Source of the DNA: an uncultured Actinomycetes bacterium
GTDB taxonomy: Bacteria; Actinomycetota; Thermoleophilia; Gaiellales; Gaiellaceae
Assembly (NCBI GenBank): GCA_963842235.1
Contig: CAWJFT010000001.1
Location: forward strand, 882,368 to 946,367
Length of the DNA: 64,000 nt
Direction: 5' to 3'
How positions within the stretch are numbered: the first letter of the stretch is position 1; each line of letters opens with the position of its first letter. A program made the translations under genes and the position numbers. The notes under the pieces are model-generated. The model had not been told where the DNA came from and searched no databases. It was given only the letters and a program-made list of their open reading frames with translations. Of the stretch, positions 42,809 through 51,416 are shown in pieces.

Positions 42809-43993
42809 ATGATTGCCTGCCTTGCCATCCCCGGATTCGAGCTTCGCGCCGCGCTTCGCAAGCGGCCTAGCCTCGTGCTTCAGCCCGCCGCGCTCGCGCC
42901 TCCCGAGGGTGCCGAGCCGCTGATCGGGCCCATCACCGCCGCGGCCGACCAGGCCGGCGTCAGGCCCGGCATGCGCATGGGGGAGGCGCTCGCGACCTGT
43001 CCGAAGCTTGTTCTCGTCGAGCCCGACCCTGCCTCGGCCGAGCGTGACTGGGAGGAGATCGTCCGCAGCCTGGAGGATTCCGGTTTCGCCGTCGAGTCGA
43101 TCGCGCTCGGCACCGCCTATTTCGACACGCGCGGGGTGGAGCGCCTCTACGGCGGCCTCGAAGCGGCGCTCAAGCGCGCCCTCGCCGCGGTCGGCTCACA
43201 CTGGGACGCGCGCGTTGGTGCGGCCACCCGCCGCTTTGCCGCACTCGCGGCTGCCAACGTCGCGCGCCCAGGCCAGGCGCTGATCGTCTCGGACGAGCAC
43301 ACGAAGGATTTCCTCGCACCGCTCCCGCTCCGCCTGCTCGGACTGGACGAGCGCCGCCGTGAGGAGTTGGAAGCGCTGGGCGTGAAACGTGTTGGACAGC
43401 TTGCCGGGCTCCCGGGCGCTGCTGTGGCCGAACGACTGGGACCGGACGGTCGCAGCGCCTGGGGCCAGGCGAGAGGGGGGAAGCGCGGTCGCATCTGGGG
43501 ACGACGCCCGCCGGCCGAGATCTTCGAGGTGCTCGAGTTCCCCGAGGCGGTCGGCAACGAGCTCACGCTGCGCCGGGCGCTCGCCACCCTCGTCGACCGG
43601 GCGCTCAGCCGCCAGGAACGCGCCGATCGTTTCGTCCGAAAAGTTGCACTTTCGGCACGACTCGTCGGCGGAGCGTCCTGGCGCCGAACGTTGACGTTCC
43701 GGGAACCGGCTGGAGAGCCCGACCGCCTCCGCATCGCGCTCGGGCCGAAGCTGAACGATCTGCCCGCGCCGGTGCTGGCGCTCCGGCTCGAGCTCACGGA
43801 GCTCACGGAGTCGCGCGGACAGCAACTCGAGCTCGTGAAGCCGGAAGGCGCCGAGCTCCAGACGAAGCTGAAGGAGGGGTTGCGTCAGGTGAAGGCCAGT
43901 ACAGGCGGTGGAGCCGTCGCCAGTGTGGTCGAAGTCGCGCCGTGGTCGCGAATTCCGGAAGCACGAGCGCTGTTCGTGCCGCGGGACGACTAG
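42809..43993 (+). CDS. imuB: ImuB, Y-family-polymerase-like subunit of the SOS mutasome
   Basis: MIACLAIPGFELRAAL, GVRPGMRMGEALATCP, YFDTRG, LGVKRVGQLAGLP. It sits behind SOS boxes with dnaE2 downstream. Confidence 0.85.
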   Translation: MIACLAIPGFELRAALRKRPSLVLQPAALAPPEGAEPLIGPITAAADQAGVRPGMRMGEALATCPKLVLVEPDPASAERDWEEIVRSLEDSGFAVESIALGTAYFDTRGVERLYGGLEAALKRALAAVGSHWDARVGAATRRFAALAAANVARPGQALIVSDEHTKDFLAPLPLRLLGLDERRREELEALGVKRVGQLAGLPGAAVAERLGPDGRSAWGQARGGKRGRIWGRRPPAEIFEVLEFPEAVGNELTLRRALATLVDRALSRQERADRFVRKVALSARLVGGASWRRTLTFREPAGEPDRLRIALGPKLNDLPAPVLALRLELTELTESRGQQLELVKPEGAELQTKLKEGLRQVKASTGGGAVASVVEVAPWSRIPEARALFVPRDD

Positions 43994-44016
43994 GAGAGGC
44001 TCCAGCACGATGAGCC

Positions 44017-44286
44017 TTGTGCCGCCGGGCCGCGAAGCTCACCATGCTGAAGCCTCTTCTTGAACCGCGAGCCGCCCTCGTCGAGCCACGAGCAGACGGG
44101 GCGCCGCGTCTCGTCAATCGTCTGGCGGTCGAGGTGATCCGGGAGGAATGGCGTGTCGTCGACCGCTGGTGGACGGAGGAACCGGTCAACCGCCGCTACT
44201 TCGACGTCGTGCTGGAGAGCGGCCAGAACGTTGTCGTCTTCCATGACGACGAGCATGGCCGCTGGTTCAGTCAGCGCGGGGCATAG
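44017..44286 (+). CDS. small conserved protein associated with imuB (DUF6504-like)
   Basis: EEWRVVDRWWTEEPVNRRYFDVVLESGQNVVVFHDDEHGRWF matches a pattern I recall next to or fused with imuB. The family name is from memory and unverified. An alternative ATG lies at 44044. Confidence 0.55.
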   Translation: MCRRAAKLTMLKPLLEPRAALVEPRADGAPRLVNRLAVEVIREEWRVVDRWWTEEPVNRRYFDVVLESGQNVVVFHDDEHGRWFSQRGA

Positions 44287-44295
44287 AGTTGCCCC

Positions 44296-44442
44296 GTGAC
44301 GCTGATCTGGTTCGTCGTCTGGCTGATCTGGGACCTCGTCGGCGACAGGGAGCCGCTGACCACGGATCCCGTGAACTTCTGGGCGGGCTCGCTGATCCTC
44401 GCGATTGCGATCGACCTCGGCGGCGTCCACGCTCGCCGCTGA
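44296..44442 (+). CDS. possible 48-aa two-TM protein
   Basis: GTG 44296: MTLIWFVVWLIWDLVGDREPLTTDPVNFWAGSLILAIAIDLGGVHARR. Below the ORF-track cutoff; the only support is hydrophobicity and tight spacing. Confidence 0.35.
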   Translation: MTLIWFVVWLIWDLVGDREPLTTDPVNFWAGSLILAIAIDLGGVHARR

Positions 44443-44456
44443 GGCGATCGGCGTCT

Positions 44457-45227
44457 CTATCGGCCGCGGGCGCGCGCGGCGAAGCCGCCGTCGGGCGCGT
44501 GGAGGTTGAAGACGCGGGCAGGCGCGATCGGGCGGAAACCGTGCGTGAAGTGGGGCGGGGCGGCCACGTATGTCCCGGAACCGGCTCGGACCGTCTCGTC
44601 TCCGAGGAGAAAGTCGACCTCGCCGTCGAGGACGAAGAAGGAATCGACGTGGTCGTCGTGGTGGTGGGGGTCGACACCTTCCCAACGCTCGTCGAAGACC
44701 ATCTCATGGAGCGAGAGCTGCGGCGTCTCGGCCCTGATCGTGTTCTCGAGCAGCCGGCGCTTCAGCGGCTCTCCGCCGTCGGGGCCAGCCACGATCGCCT
44801 CGGCCGGGCCGTACGGCTCGTCGACGTCGTAGCTGTCCCAGTCGACCCTGACGCCGTCACGGGTCAGCCGGCGGATGTACTCGATGAAGCCGCCGTCGGG
44901 GGCATGGATGTTGAGGTAGTGCGCTCCGCCTGGCCCGGGGTTCGTGAAGCCGTGGACGATGTTCGGCGGGATCGCAACCGACGTGCCGGCACCGGCCAGG
45001 AGGGTCTCGGTCCCGTTCGTGAACTCGAGCTGTCCTTCGAGGACGTAGAACGCGTCGACGTGCTCCTTGTGGAAATGCGGGCCGGGGCCCTCGAAGTCCG
45101 GCCCCACGGTGACCTCATTGACCGAGATCTCGGGCCGCTCGATCTTCACGACGATCCGCTCGTTCAGCCGCTCGCCCTCGCCGGGGCCTAGGAAGACGCC
45201 TTGGGCTACATCGAGCTCCATGCGCAC
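44457..45227 (-). CDS. bicupin protein (two cupin barrels)
   Basis: Two copies of the G.HFH/HHH..E..YVLEG/FVLDG cupin motif with downstream P.HGF. Confidence 0.8.
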   Translation of the reverse strand: MRMELDVAQGVFLGPGEGERLNERIVVKIERPEISVNEVTVGPDFEGPGPHFHKEHVDAFYVLEGQLEFTNGTETLLAGAGTSVAIPPNIVHGFTNPGPGGAHYLNIHAPDGGFIEYIRRLTRDGVRVDWDSYDVDEPYGPAEAIVAGPDGGEPLKRRLLENTIRAETPQLSLHEMVFDERWEGVDPHHHDDHVDSFFVLDGEVDFLLGDETVRAGSGTYVAAPPHFTHGFRPIAPARVFNLHAPDGGFAARARGR

Positions 45228-48200
45228 TCAGCCTATTCGTTCCTCGACGGCGCCTCGCTGCCCGAGGAGCTGGCGGTGCGGGCAGCAGAGCTCGGCTACG
45301 AGGCGCTTGCGCTCACCGACCACGAGGGCGTCTACGGCTCGCTCGAGTTCGCACACGCGGCGAAGGCGTTCGGCGTCCGGCCGATCACGGGCGCCGAGGT
45401 CGCGCTCGCCGACGGCTCGCACGTCACGCTGCTGGTCGAGGGCCAGCGCGGTTACGCGAACCTCTGTCGCCTCTTGACGGCGGCGCACGCACACACCCGT
45501 CCGAAGGAGGGCGAGCGTGCAGTCGACCCGGCGCTCGATCAGGCGCTGCTCGAGGAGCTGAACGACGGCCTCGTCTGCCTCTCCGGCTGCTCGCGCTCGG
45601 GGCTCGCCGTCCGAAACCCGAACGCCGCTGCGCGACTGGCCCGAGCGTTCGGCGCCGAGCGCTTCTTCGTCGAGCTCCAACGGCCGTTCGAACGCGGAGA
45701 CGAGCGGCGGAACGCGCGGCTCCGTGACCTCGCCGAGGCGCTCCGGGTGGAGGCCGTCGTCACCGGCGACGTTCACGCCCACGATGCGGCTCGCGTGCGG
45801 CTCCAGGACACGCTCGTCGCGATTCGCCACCGCACCTCGCTCGAGGGCTCGGAGCCGGAGCGCCGCGGGAACCACGAGGCGATCCTGCGCGCGCCCGGGG
45901 AGATCGCCGACCGCTTTCCACTCGACCATGAGGCAGTCGAGCGGAGCGCACGCATCGCCGAGCGCTGCGAGTTCGACCTGACCCAGGAGCTCGGCTACCG
46001 CTATCCGGACTTTTCGGACCAGGCCGAGCCGGCCATCGGGCAGCTCGCCGGCGTCTGCAACCACGCCTTCGAGGCGCGCTACGGAGCTAGTTACAACTTG
46101 TTACTAGCTCGGGCTCGCGCCCGCCTCGAAGAGGAGCTGAAGCTGATCGACGAGCTCGGGCTCGCCGGCTTCTTCCTGCTGCACCACGAGGTGCTCGAGC
46201 TCGCCCGCGACGTCGCGAACGAGGTCCGGGGCCGCGACTCCCCGCGCAATTCACTCCCACCCGGCCGGGGCCGCGGCAGCTCCGTCGGCTCGATCGTCTG
46301 CTACCTGACCGGGCTCTCGCATGTCGATCCCGTTCAGGCCGACCTGTCTCTCGGGCGCTTCATCAACCGTGAGCTCGACGCCGTCCCCGACATCGACCTC
46401 GACTTTCCGCGCGACATTCGCGAGAAGCTGATCGTCGCGGTCACCGAGCGCTACGGCCGCGAGCATGCGGCGCTCGTCGCCAGCTTCTCGACCTACCGCT
46501 CGCGAGGAGCGATCCGCGACGTTGGCAAGGCGCTGGGGCTCCCGTTCGGCGAGCTCGAGCGGCTCGCGCGGGTCTCGGACGGCTGGAACGCGAAGCGCGT
46601 CGCCGAGGAGCTCCGCCTCGTCCCCGGCTTCGAGGACAAGGCGGACTCGCCGCGCTGGCGTGCCTTCGCCGAGCTCACCCACGAGATCGCGGGCCTCCCG
46701 CGCCACATCTCGCAGCACCCGGGCGGGATGGTGATCTCGTCGCGGCCGCTCGTCGAGCTCGTCCCGGTGCAGCCGGCGGCCATGGTCGGCCGCCAGCTTT
46801 GCCAGTGGGACAAGGACTCCTGCGACGACGCCGGCTTCCTCAAGATCGACCTCCTCGGGCTGGGGATGCTCTCCGCCGTCGAGGAGTGCGTCGATCAGAT
46901 CGCACGGCTCCGCGGTGAGCCGATCGACCTCTCGCGCATCCCGTTCGACGACAAGGAGGTCTACGTGCAGATCCAGGCGGCGGACACCGTCGGCGCCTTC
47001 CAGATCGAGAGTCGCGCGCAGATGCAGAGCATCCTCCGCACCCGGCCGGAGACGCTCGAGGACATCATGGTGCAGGTCGCGCTCGTCCGCCCCGGGCCGA
47101 TCCAGGGCAAGGCCGTGCATCCGTACATCGCGCACCGCCAGCGGCTGCGGGAGGATCCGAGCTTCGTCCCGCCCGTCGATCACCCGCTCCTCGCCGAGCC
47201 GCTGAAGGAGACGCTCGGCGTCGTCGTCTTCCAGGACCAGGTGCTGGAGGTCGCGATGGCGCTGTCGGGGTTCAGCGTCGGCGAGGCGGAAGGGCTGCGC
47301 CGCGCAATGAGCCGCAAACGGAGCGAGGCGGCGCTCGAGGCGTACCGGAAGCGGTTCGTGGAGGGAGCGGCGGCGAACGGGGTCGAGGAGCGGCTGGCGA
47401 ACGAGATCTACGACAAGCTCGTCGGCTTCTCCGGCTTCGGGTTCCCGAAGTCTCATGCGGCGGCCTTCGGGCTGCTGGCCTACCAGTCGCAGTGGCTGCG
47501 CTGCCACTATCCGGCTGAGTTCCTGGCCGCGCTGTTGAACGCGCAGCCGATGGGCTTCTATCCGCCGGCGACGCTCGTGCGGGACGCACAGCGGCGCGGG
47601 GTGGAGGTGCTCCCTCCGGACGTCAACCTCAGCGAGGCGAAGTGCACCGTCCAGGACGGGAAGGTGCGGATCGGGATCGAGTACGTGACGTCGATCGGTG
47701 AGGACGATGCGAAGGCGCTGGTCGACGAGCGCGGGCGCGGCGGGCCGTTCCGGTCGGTGCGTGACCTGGCGCAGCGGGCGCCGCTCCGCCGCGAGGGGCT
47801 CGAGGCGCTGATCTCGAGCGGCGCGTGCGCCGAGTTCGGCGACGAGCCGCGGCCGCTGCTCTGGGAGGCCGGGCTTGCGCCGCGGTCGACGTCGGTTCCG
47901 GGGTCGGGAGGAGAGGAGCGCCAGCTGGCCCTGTCTCTGGATCCCACGGTCGAGACGCCGGAGCTCCCGGAGCCGACCGACTGGGAGCGCATGCTGACGG
48001 ACTACCGGACGACGAGCCTCACCGTCGGCGTCCATCCGTTGAAGCTGCTCCGGCCGCATCTACCCGAGCAGGTCCTTTCGAGCCACGACCTGGGACAATC
48101 CCTAGACCGGGCGCAAGTGGCCGTGGCGGGAATGGCGATCGCGCGCCAGCGGCCGGCGACCGCGAACGGTGTCGTCTTCATGCTGCTCGAGGACGAGTTC

Positions 48201-48425
48201 GGGCAGATGAACCTGATCGTTCCGCCGACGGTGTACGACCGCCATCGCGCGATCGTCCGCGGCGAGCCGCTGATCCTCGCGCGAGGGCGCTTCGAACGGC
48301 AGGGCCGGAACCAGAACGTGCTCGTGCGAGAGCTGGAGACGCTGGGCCCGCTCGCACGACAGGTCGCCGACGTGCCGGAGCTTGCCTCCTCGCTCCCGCC
48401 GGCCCATCACTTCGGCCACCGCTAG
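45201..48425 (+). CDS. dnaE2: error-prone DNA polymerase III alpha-like subunit DnaE2 (ImuC)
   Basis: TTG 45201: YIELHAHSAYSFLDGAS (PHP domain), GRGSSVGSIVCYL, PDIDLDF, HPGGMVIS, FQIESRAQM, 1074 aa. It lies downstream of imuB. Confidence 0.9.
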   Translation: MGYIELHAHSAYSFLDGASLPEELAVRAAELGYEALALTDHEGVYGSLEFAHAAKAFGVRPITGAEVALADGSHVTLLVEGQRGYANLCRLLTAAHAHTRPKEGERAVDPALDQALLEELNDGLVCLSGCSRSGLAVRNPNAAARLARAFGAERFFVELQRPFERGDERRNARLRDLAEALRVEAVVTGDVHAHDAARVRLQDTLVAIRHRTSLEGSEPERRGNHEAILRAPGEIADRFPLDHEAVERSARIAERCEFDLTQELGYRYPDFSDQAEPAIGQLAGVCNHAFEARYGASYNLLLARARARLEEELKLIDELGLAGFFLLHHEVLELARDVANEVRGRDSPRNSLPPGRGRGSSVGSIVCYLTGLSHVDPVQADLSLGRFINRELDAVPDIDLDFPRDIREKLIVAVTERYGREHAALVASFSTYRSRGAIRDVGKALGLPFGELERLARVSDGWNAKRVAEELRLVPGFEDKADSPRWRAFAELTHEIAGLPRHISQHPGGMVISSRPLVELVPVQPAAMVGRQLCQWDKDSCDDAGFLKIDLLGLGMLSAVEECVDQIARLRGEPIDLSRIPFDDKEVYVQIQAADTVGAFQIESRAQMQSILRTRPETLEDIMVQVALVRPGPIQGKAVHPYIAHRQRLREDPSFVPPVDHPLLAEPLKETLGVVVFQDQVLEVAMALSGFSVGEAEGLRRAMSRKRSEAALEAYRKRFVEGAAANGVEERLANEIYDKLVGFSGFGFPKSHAAAFGLLAYQSQWLRCHYPAEFLAALLNAQPMGFYPPATLVRDAQRRGVEVLPPDVNLSEAKCTVQDGKVRIGIEYVTSIGEDDAKALVDERGRGGPFRSVRDLAQRAPLRREGLEALISSGACAEFGDEPRPLLWEAGLAPRSTSVPGSGGEERQLALSLDPTVETPELPEPTDWERMLTDYRTTSLTVGVHPLKLLRPHLPEQVLSSHDLGQSLDRAQVAVAGMAIARQRPATANGVVFMLLEDEFGQMNLIVPPTVYDRHRAIVRGEPLILARGRFERQGRNQNVLVRELETLGPLARQVADVPELASSLPPAHHFGHR
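46089..46105. repeat. 17-nt near-palindrome AGTTACAACTTGTTACT, copy 1 (inside dnaE2)
   Basis: Identical string at 51350-51366 and 51417-51433, read directly. Confidence 0.9.
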
Positions 48426-48433
48426 CGAAAGAG

Positions 48434-48739
48434 CTAGAGCTCGTCGATCTCGAGCGCGAAGCGGGGCAGTCGCTCGTGTACCGCCTCGTTGAACGCGGCG
48501 GCGTACTCCTCGACTGCGTCGGCATCGAGCGTGGCCGCGTAGCGGTCGCGCATCTCGGCGAGCGTCTCCGTTCCGAACTCGACGAGCTCCTGAAAGCGGC
48601 CGAAGACCTCCTCGGCCTCCTCGCGGTCCGCACGGTCATAGGCTCGCTCGGCCTCGTCCACGCGGGCCAGGAACTCGGCATCCTCCTGCTCGAAGAGGTC
48701 GAGCTGGCGGTCGATCAGCTCCGCGAACCGGCCCGGCAC
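48434..48739 (-). CDS. hypothetical acidic protein
   Basis: ORF 48434..48787. GTG 48739 is the likelier start because it avoids overlapping the divergent gene. No motif recognised. Confidence 0.5.
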   Translation of the reverse strand: MPGRFAELIDRQLDLFEQEDAEFLARVDEAERAYDRADREEAEEVFGRFQELVEFGTETLAEMRDRYAATLDADAVEEYAAAFNEAVHERLPRFALEIDEL

Positions 48740-48757
48740 GCGCCCTAGAGTAGTTCC

Positions 48758-49531
48758 GTGGTCGTCCGGACCTGGAACATCTTCCACGGCAACACGTTTC
48801 CGCCGGGACGCAGGCGCTATGTGGAGGAGATGGTGCGGATGGTGACCGAAGGAGATCCTGACGCGGTGTGCCTGCAGGAGGTGCCGCCGTGGTCGCTAGA
48901 CCGGCTCGGCGAGTGGAGCGGGATGCATGTCTTCGGAAAGGTGGCCGCCCGTCCGTCCATCGGGCCGCTGCCGTCGAGCTCGGAGATCGGTCGGCACCTC
49001 ACGGATCTCAACCCCGGCTTTTTTCGCTCCGGCTTCGAAGGGCAGGCGAATGCGATCCTCGTGCGTCGTCCCATCGTCGCCCGCCATGCGCTCACGCTGA
49101 ACCCGTTCCGTTTTCGCCTCGAGGTTGCTCGCCGCCTCGGCCTGCCGCTGATCCGGCAGCTCGCGTGGGCGAAGGAGCGCCGTCAGGCGATCGCGGTCCG
49201 CCTCGACGACGGCACGCTGCTCGTCAACCTCCACGCGACCCACGCGCGCGACGTGCGGATCCCCGAGGCGGAGGTGGAGCGCACCGTGCACTGGGCCGGC
49301 CTGCTGGCAGGCGACGATCTCTGCGTCCTGGCCGGCGATCTCAACGTCGACACCCACCGCTCGGAGGTCTTCGGGCGGCTCGACGGCTTCTCGGCCGCGG
49401 GCCCAGGCGTCGACCACGTGCTCGTGCGAGGCGCGAAGGTGAGCGAGTACGACCGGTGGGGCATCGACCGACGCACTCTCGGCGACCTCGTCCTGTCCGA
49501 TCATGCCGCGGTCGAGGTGGAGATCGAGTGA
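48758..49531 (+). CDS. endonuclease/exonuclease/phosphatase (EEP) family protein
   Basis: TWNIFHG, VCLQEV, VNLHATH, LAGDLN, SDHAAVEVE. Confidence 0.8.
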   Translation: MVVRTWNIFHGNTFPPGRRRYVEEMVRMVTEGDPDAVCLQEVPPWSLDRLGEWSGMHVFGKVAARPSIGPLPSSSEIGRHLTDLNPGFFRSGFEGQANAILVRRPIVARHALTLNPFRFRLEVARRLGLPLIRQLAWAKERRQAIAVRLDDGTLLVNLHATHARDVRIPEAEVERTVHWAGLLAGDDLCVLAGDLNVDTHRSEVFGRLDGFSAAGPGVDHVLVRGAKVSEYDRWGIDRRTLGDLVLSDHAAVEVEIE

Positions 49532-50610
49532 CCTTCGAGGAAGCGCGGGCCGCGTTTCCGGTCCTGGCGCGGTACGCATACCTGAACGCCGGCTCGGTCG
49601 GGCCGATGGCGCAGTCGACGTACGACGCCGTCGTAGAAGCGGAACGGGACGAGTTGGGCCCGCGTGGAAGCCACCCGGCCTTCGAGCGGATCATCGAGGA
49701 GCGGGAGCGGCTTCGCGGAGTCGTTGCGGCTGAGATCGGGGTCGATGCGGAGCGCATGTCGCTGACGACGTCCACGTCCGAAGGGTGCCGCGTCGTGCTC
49801 GGGGGCCTCGACCTGCGCCCGGACGACGAGATCGTCACGACCGACGCGGAGCACTTTGGCCTCCTCGGCCCGGTTCACGCTTCGGGCGCGCGGGTCCGGG
49901 TTGCGAAGGTGCGGGACCGCCCAGCCGACGAAGCGCTTGACGCCATCATCGGCGAGGTCGGCCCCCGGACGCGCCTCGTCGCACTCTCGCACGTCCTATG
50001 GATCACCGGTCACGTTGTCCCGATCGGGGCGCTGAAGGAGGCCGTCTCCGCACCGCTGCTCGTCGACGGCGCGCAGTCGGTCGGCGCGATCCCCGTGAAC
50101 GCCGAACCGTTCGACTTCTACACCGTCTCGGGGCAGAAGTGGCTGTGCGGGCCGTCGCCGACCGGCGGGCTCTACGTCCGTGATCCCGAGCGCCTGCATG
50201 TGGCGGCGCCGAGCTACTTCTCGCAGCGCTCTTATGAGCCGGACGGCTCGTTCGTCCCCAGCGAGGGCGCTCGTCGCTTCGACCAGAACTGGATCCCCGC
50301 GGCCTACATCGCCGGGCTCGAGGCCGCAATTGCGGCAGCGCCAGAGTGGCGCTTCGAGCGTTCCCGCGAGATCACCGAACGCTGCCGCGAGCGGCTCGTC
50401 GACGCAGGCCACGACGTCGTCACCGAGCCGGGACACTCGACGCTGGTCTCCTGGCGCTGGGAAGGTGACACGAAGGAGGTCGTGAAGCGGCTCTACGAGG
50501 AGGGTGTCGTCGTCCGCGATCTGCCTGGGACCGGCCTCCTCCGCGCGTCCTGCGGCTACTGGACGAGCGAAGAGGACATCGACCGGCTGATCCGCATACT
50601 TCCGGCATGA
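49528..50610 (+). CDS. class V aminotransferase / cysteine desulfurase-like PLP enzyme
   Basis: GTG 49528 (GTGA overlap). YLNAGSVGP, VDGAQSVGAIP, DFYTVSGQKWLCGP (PLP Lys). Confidence 0.85.
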   Translation: MTFEEARAAFPVLARYAYLNAGSVGPMAQSTYDAVVEAERDELGPRGSHPAFERIIEERERLRGVVAAEIGVDAERMSLTTSTSEGCRVVLGGLDLRPDDEIVTTDAEHFGLLGPVHASGARVRVAKVRDRPADEALDAIIGEVGPRTRLVALSHVLWITGHVVPIGALKEAVSAPLLVDGAQSVGAIPVNAEPFDFYTVSGQKWLCGPSPTGGLYVRDPERLHVAAPSYFSQRSYEPDGSFVPSEGARRFDQNWIPAAYIAGLEAAIAAAPEWRFERSREITERCRERLVDAGHDVVTEPGHSTLVSWRWEGDTKEVVKRLYEEGVVVRDLPGTGLLRASCGYWTSEEDIDRLIRILPA

Positions 50611-50641
50611 GGGACTCCGACTCTGTAGCGCCGGGCATTTG

Positions 50642-51280
50642 ATGGCGACGGTCACGGTCCGCGGCATCGGGAACGCGAGCACGAGTCCGGACGAGGCGTC
50701 CGTCACGCTCGTGATCGAAGCCTTCGAGCAGACGGCTGCCGCCGCCCTCGCCAAGGTCGCCGAGCAGACGCAGGCAGCGATCGAGCTTTGCGACTCGCTC
50801 GGAATCAAGCCCGCAGCCCGCGTGACGACAGGAGCCAGCGTGGCCGAGCACGGCGAGCACGACCGGGATGGAAGATGGCAGCACCGCGGGTATCGCGCGT
50901 GGAACCAGGTCGTCGTGCGGGTTGGCGAGGCCCCGGTCGTCGGCGAGCTGATCGCCGGCGCCGTGGACCGAGGCGCTCAGGTCAACGGCCCAGCCTGGAA
51001 CATCGCCCCGGACAATCCAGCCCACGCTGTGGCCTGCCGGGAGGCGGCACTCGACGCCCGGCGGCGTGCCGAGGCCTACGCCGATGCGCTCGGCGCCCGT
51101 GTAGGCGCGCTCGTCGCCGTTCGCGACCCAGGAACGGGCCCCGTGCCGCCGCCTCCGCGCCCGATGCGGATGGCGGCGATGGACGCAGGCGCTGTGGAAG
51201 CCCTCCCAGTGGAGGTCGGCGAGCAGATCGTCACGGGGGTCGTCGAGGTGGAGTTCCAGCTCGAACAGGGAAGCGCGTGA
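50642..51280 (+). CDS. SIMPL/DUF541-family protein
   Basis: VTVRGIGNASTSPDEASVTL..A.A..KVAEQT... pattern and overall length. The family is recalled from memory. Confidence 0.7.
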   Translation: MATVTVRGIGNASTSPDEASVTLVIEAFEQTAAAALAKVAEQTQAAIELCDSLGIKPAARVTTGASVAEHGEHDRDGRWQHRGYRAWNQVVVRVGEAPVVGELIAGAVDRGAQVNGPAWNIAPDNPAHAVACREAALDARRRAEAYADALGARVGALVAVRDPGTGPVPPPPRPMRMAAMDAGAVEALPVEVGEQIVTGVVEVEFQLEQGSA

Positions 51281-51349
51281 CGCTCCGCTTGGTCCTTGCG
51301 CTCTCGCACTACAGATCCGCGACGAGGTCCAATCGAAACGTAGCCCGCT

Positions 51350-51366
51350 AGTTACAACTTGTTACT
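51350..51366. repeat. 17-nt near-palindrome, copy 2
   Basis: AGTTACAACTTGTTACT in the 3'-3' intergenic gap. Confidence 0.9.
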
Positions 51367-51416
51367 TGGGTTGGACCGCCGCGAATCAGCGCATGCCACA
51401 GGCGTTTCGGCCGGCA

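Noticed and set aside
44010-44063. 17-codon ORF starting at ATG 44010 behind AGGAGAGG
   Set aside because: It is very short and overlaps the better-supported DUF6504-like frame. The SD-like string may instead serve that gene.
42300-45230. imuB region as a prophage or integrative island
   Set aside because: There is no integrase, transposase, tRNA target or flanking direct repeats. The content (SOS boxes, imuB, dnaE2) is a known chromosomal cassette with two small passengers.
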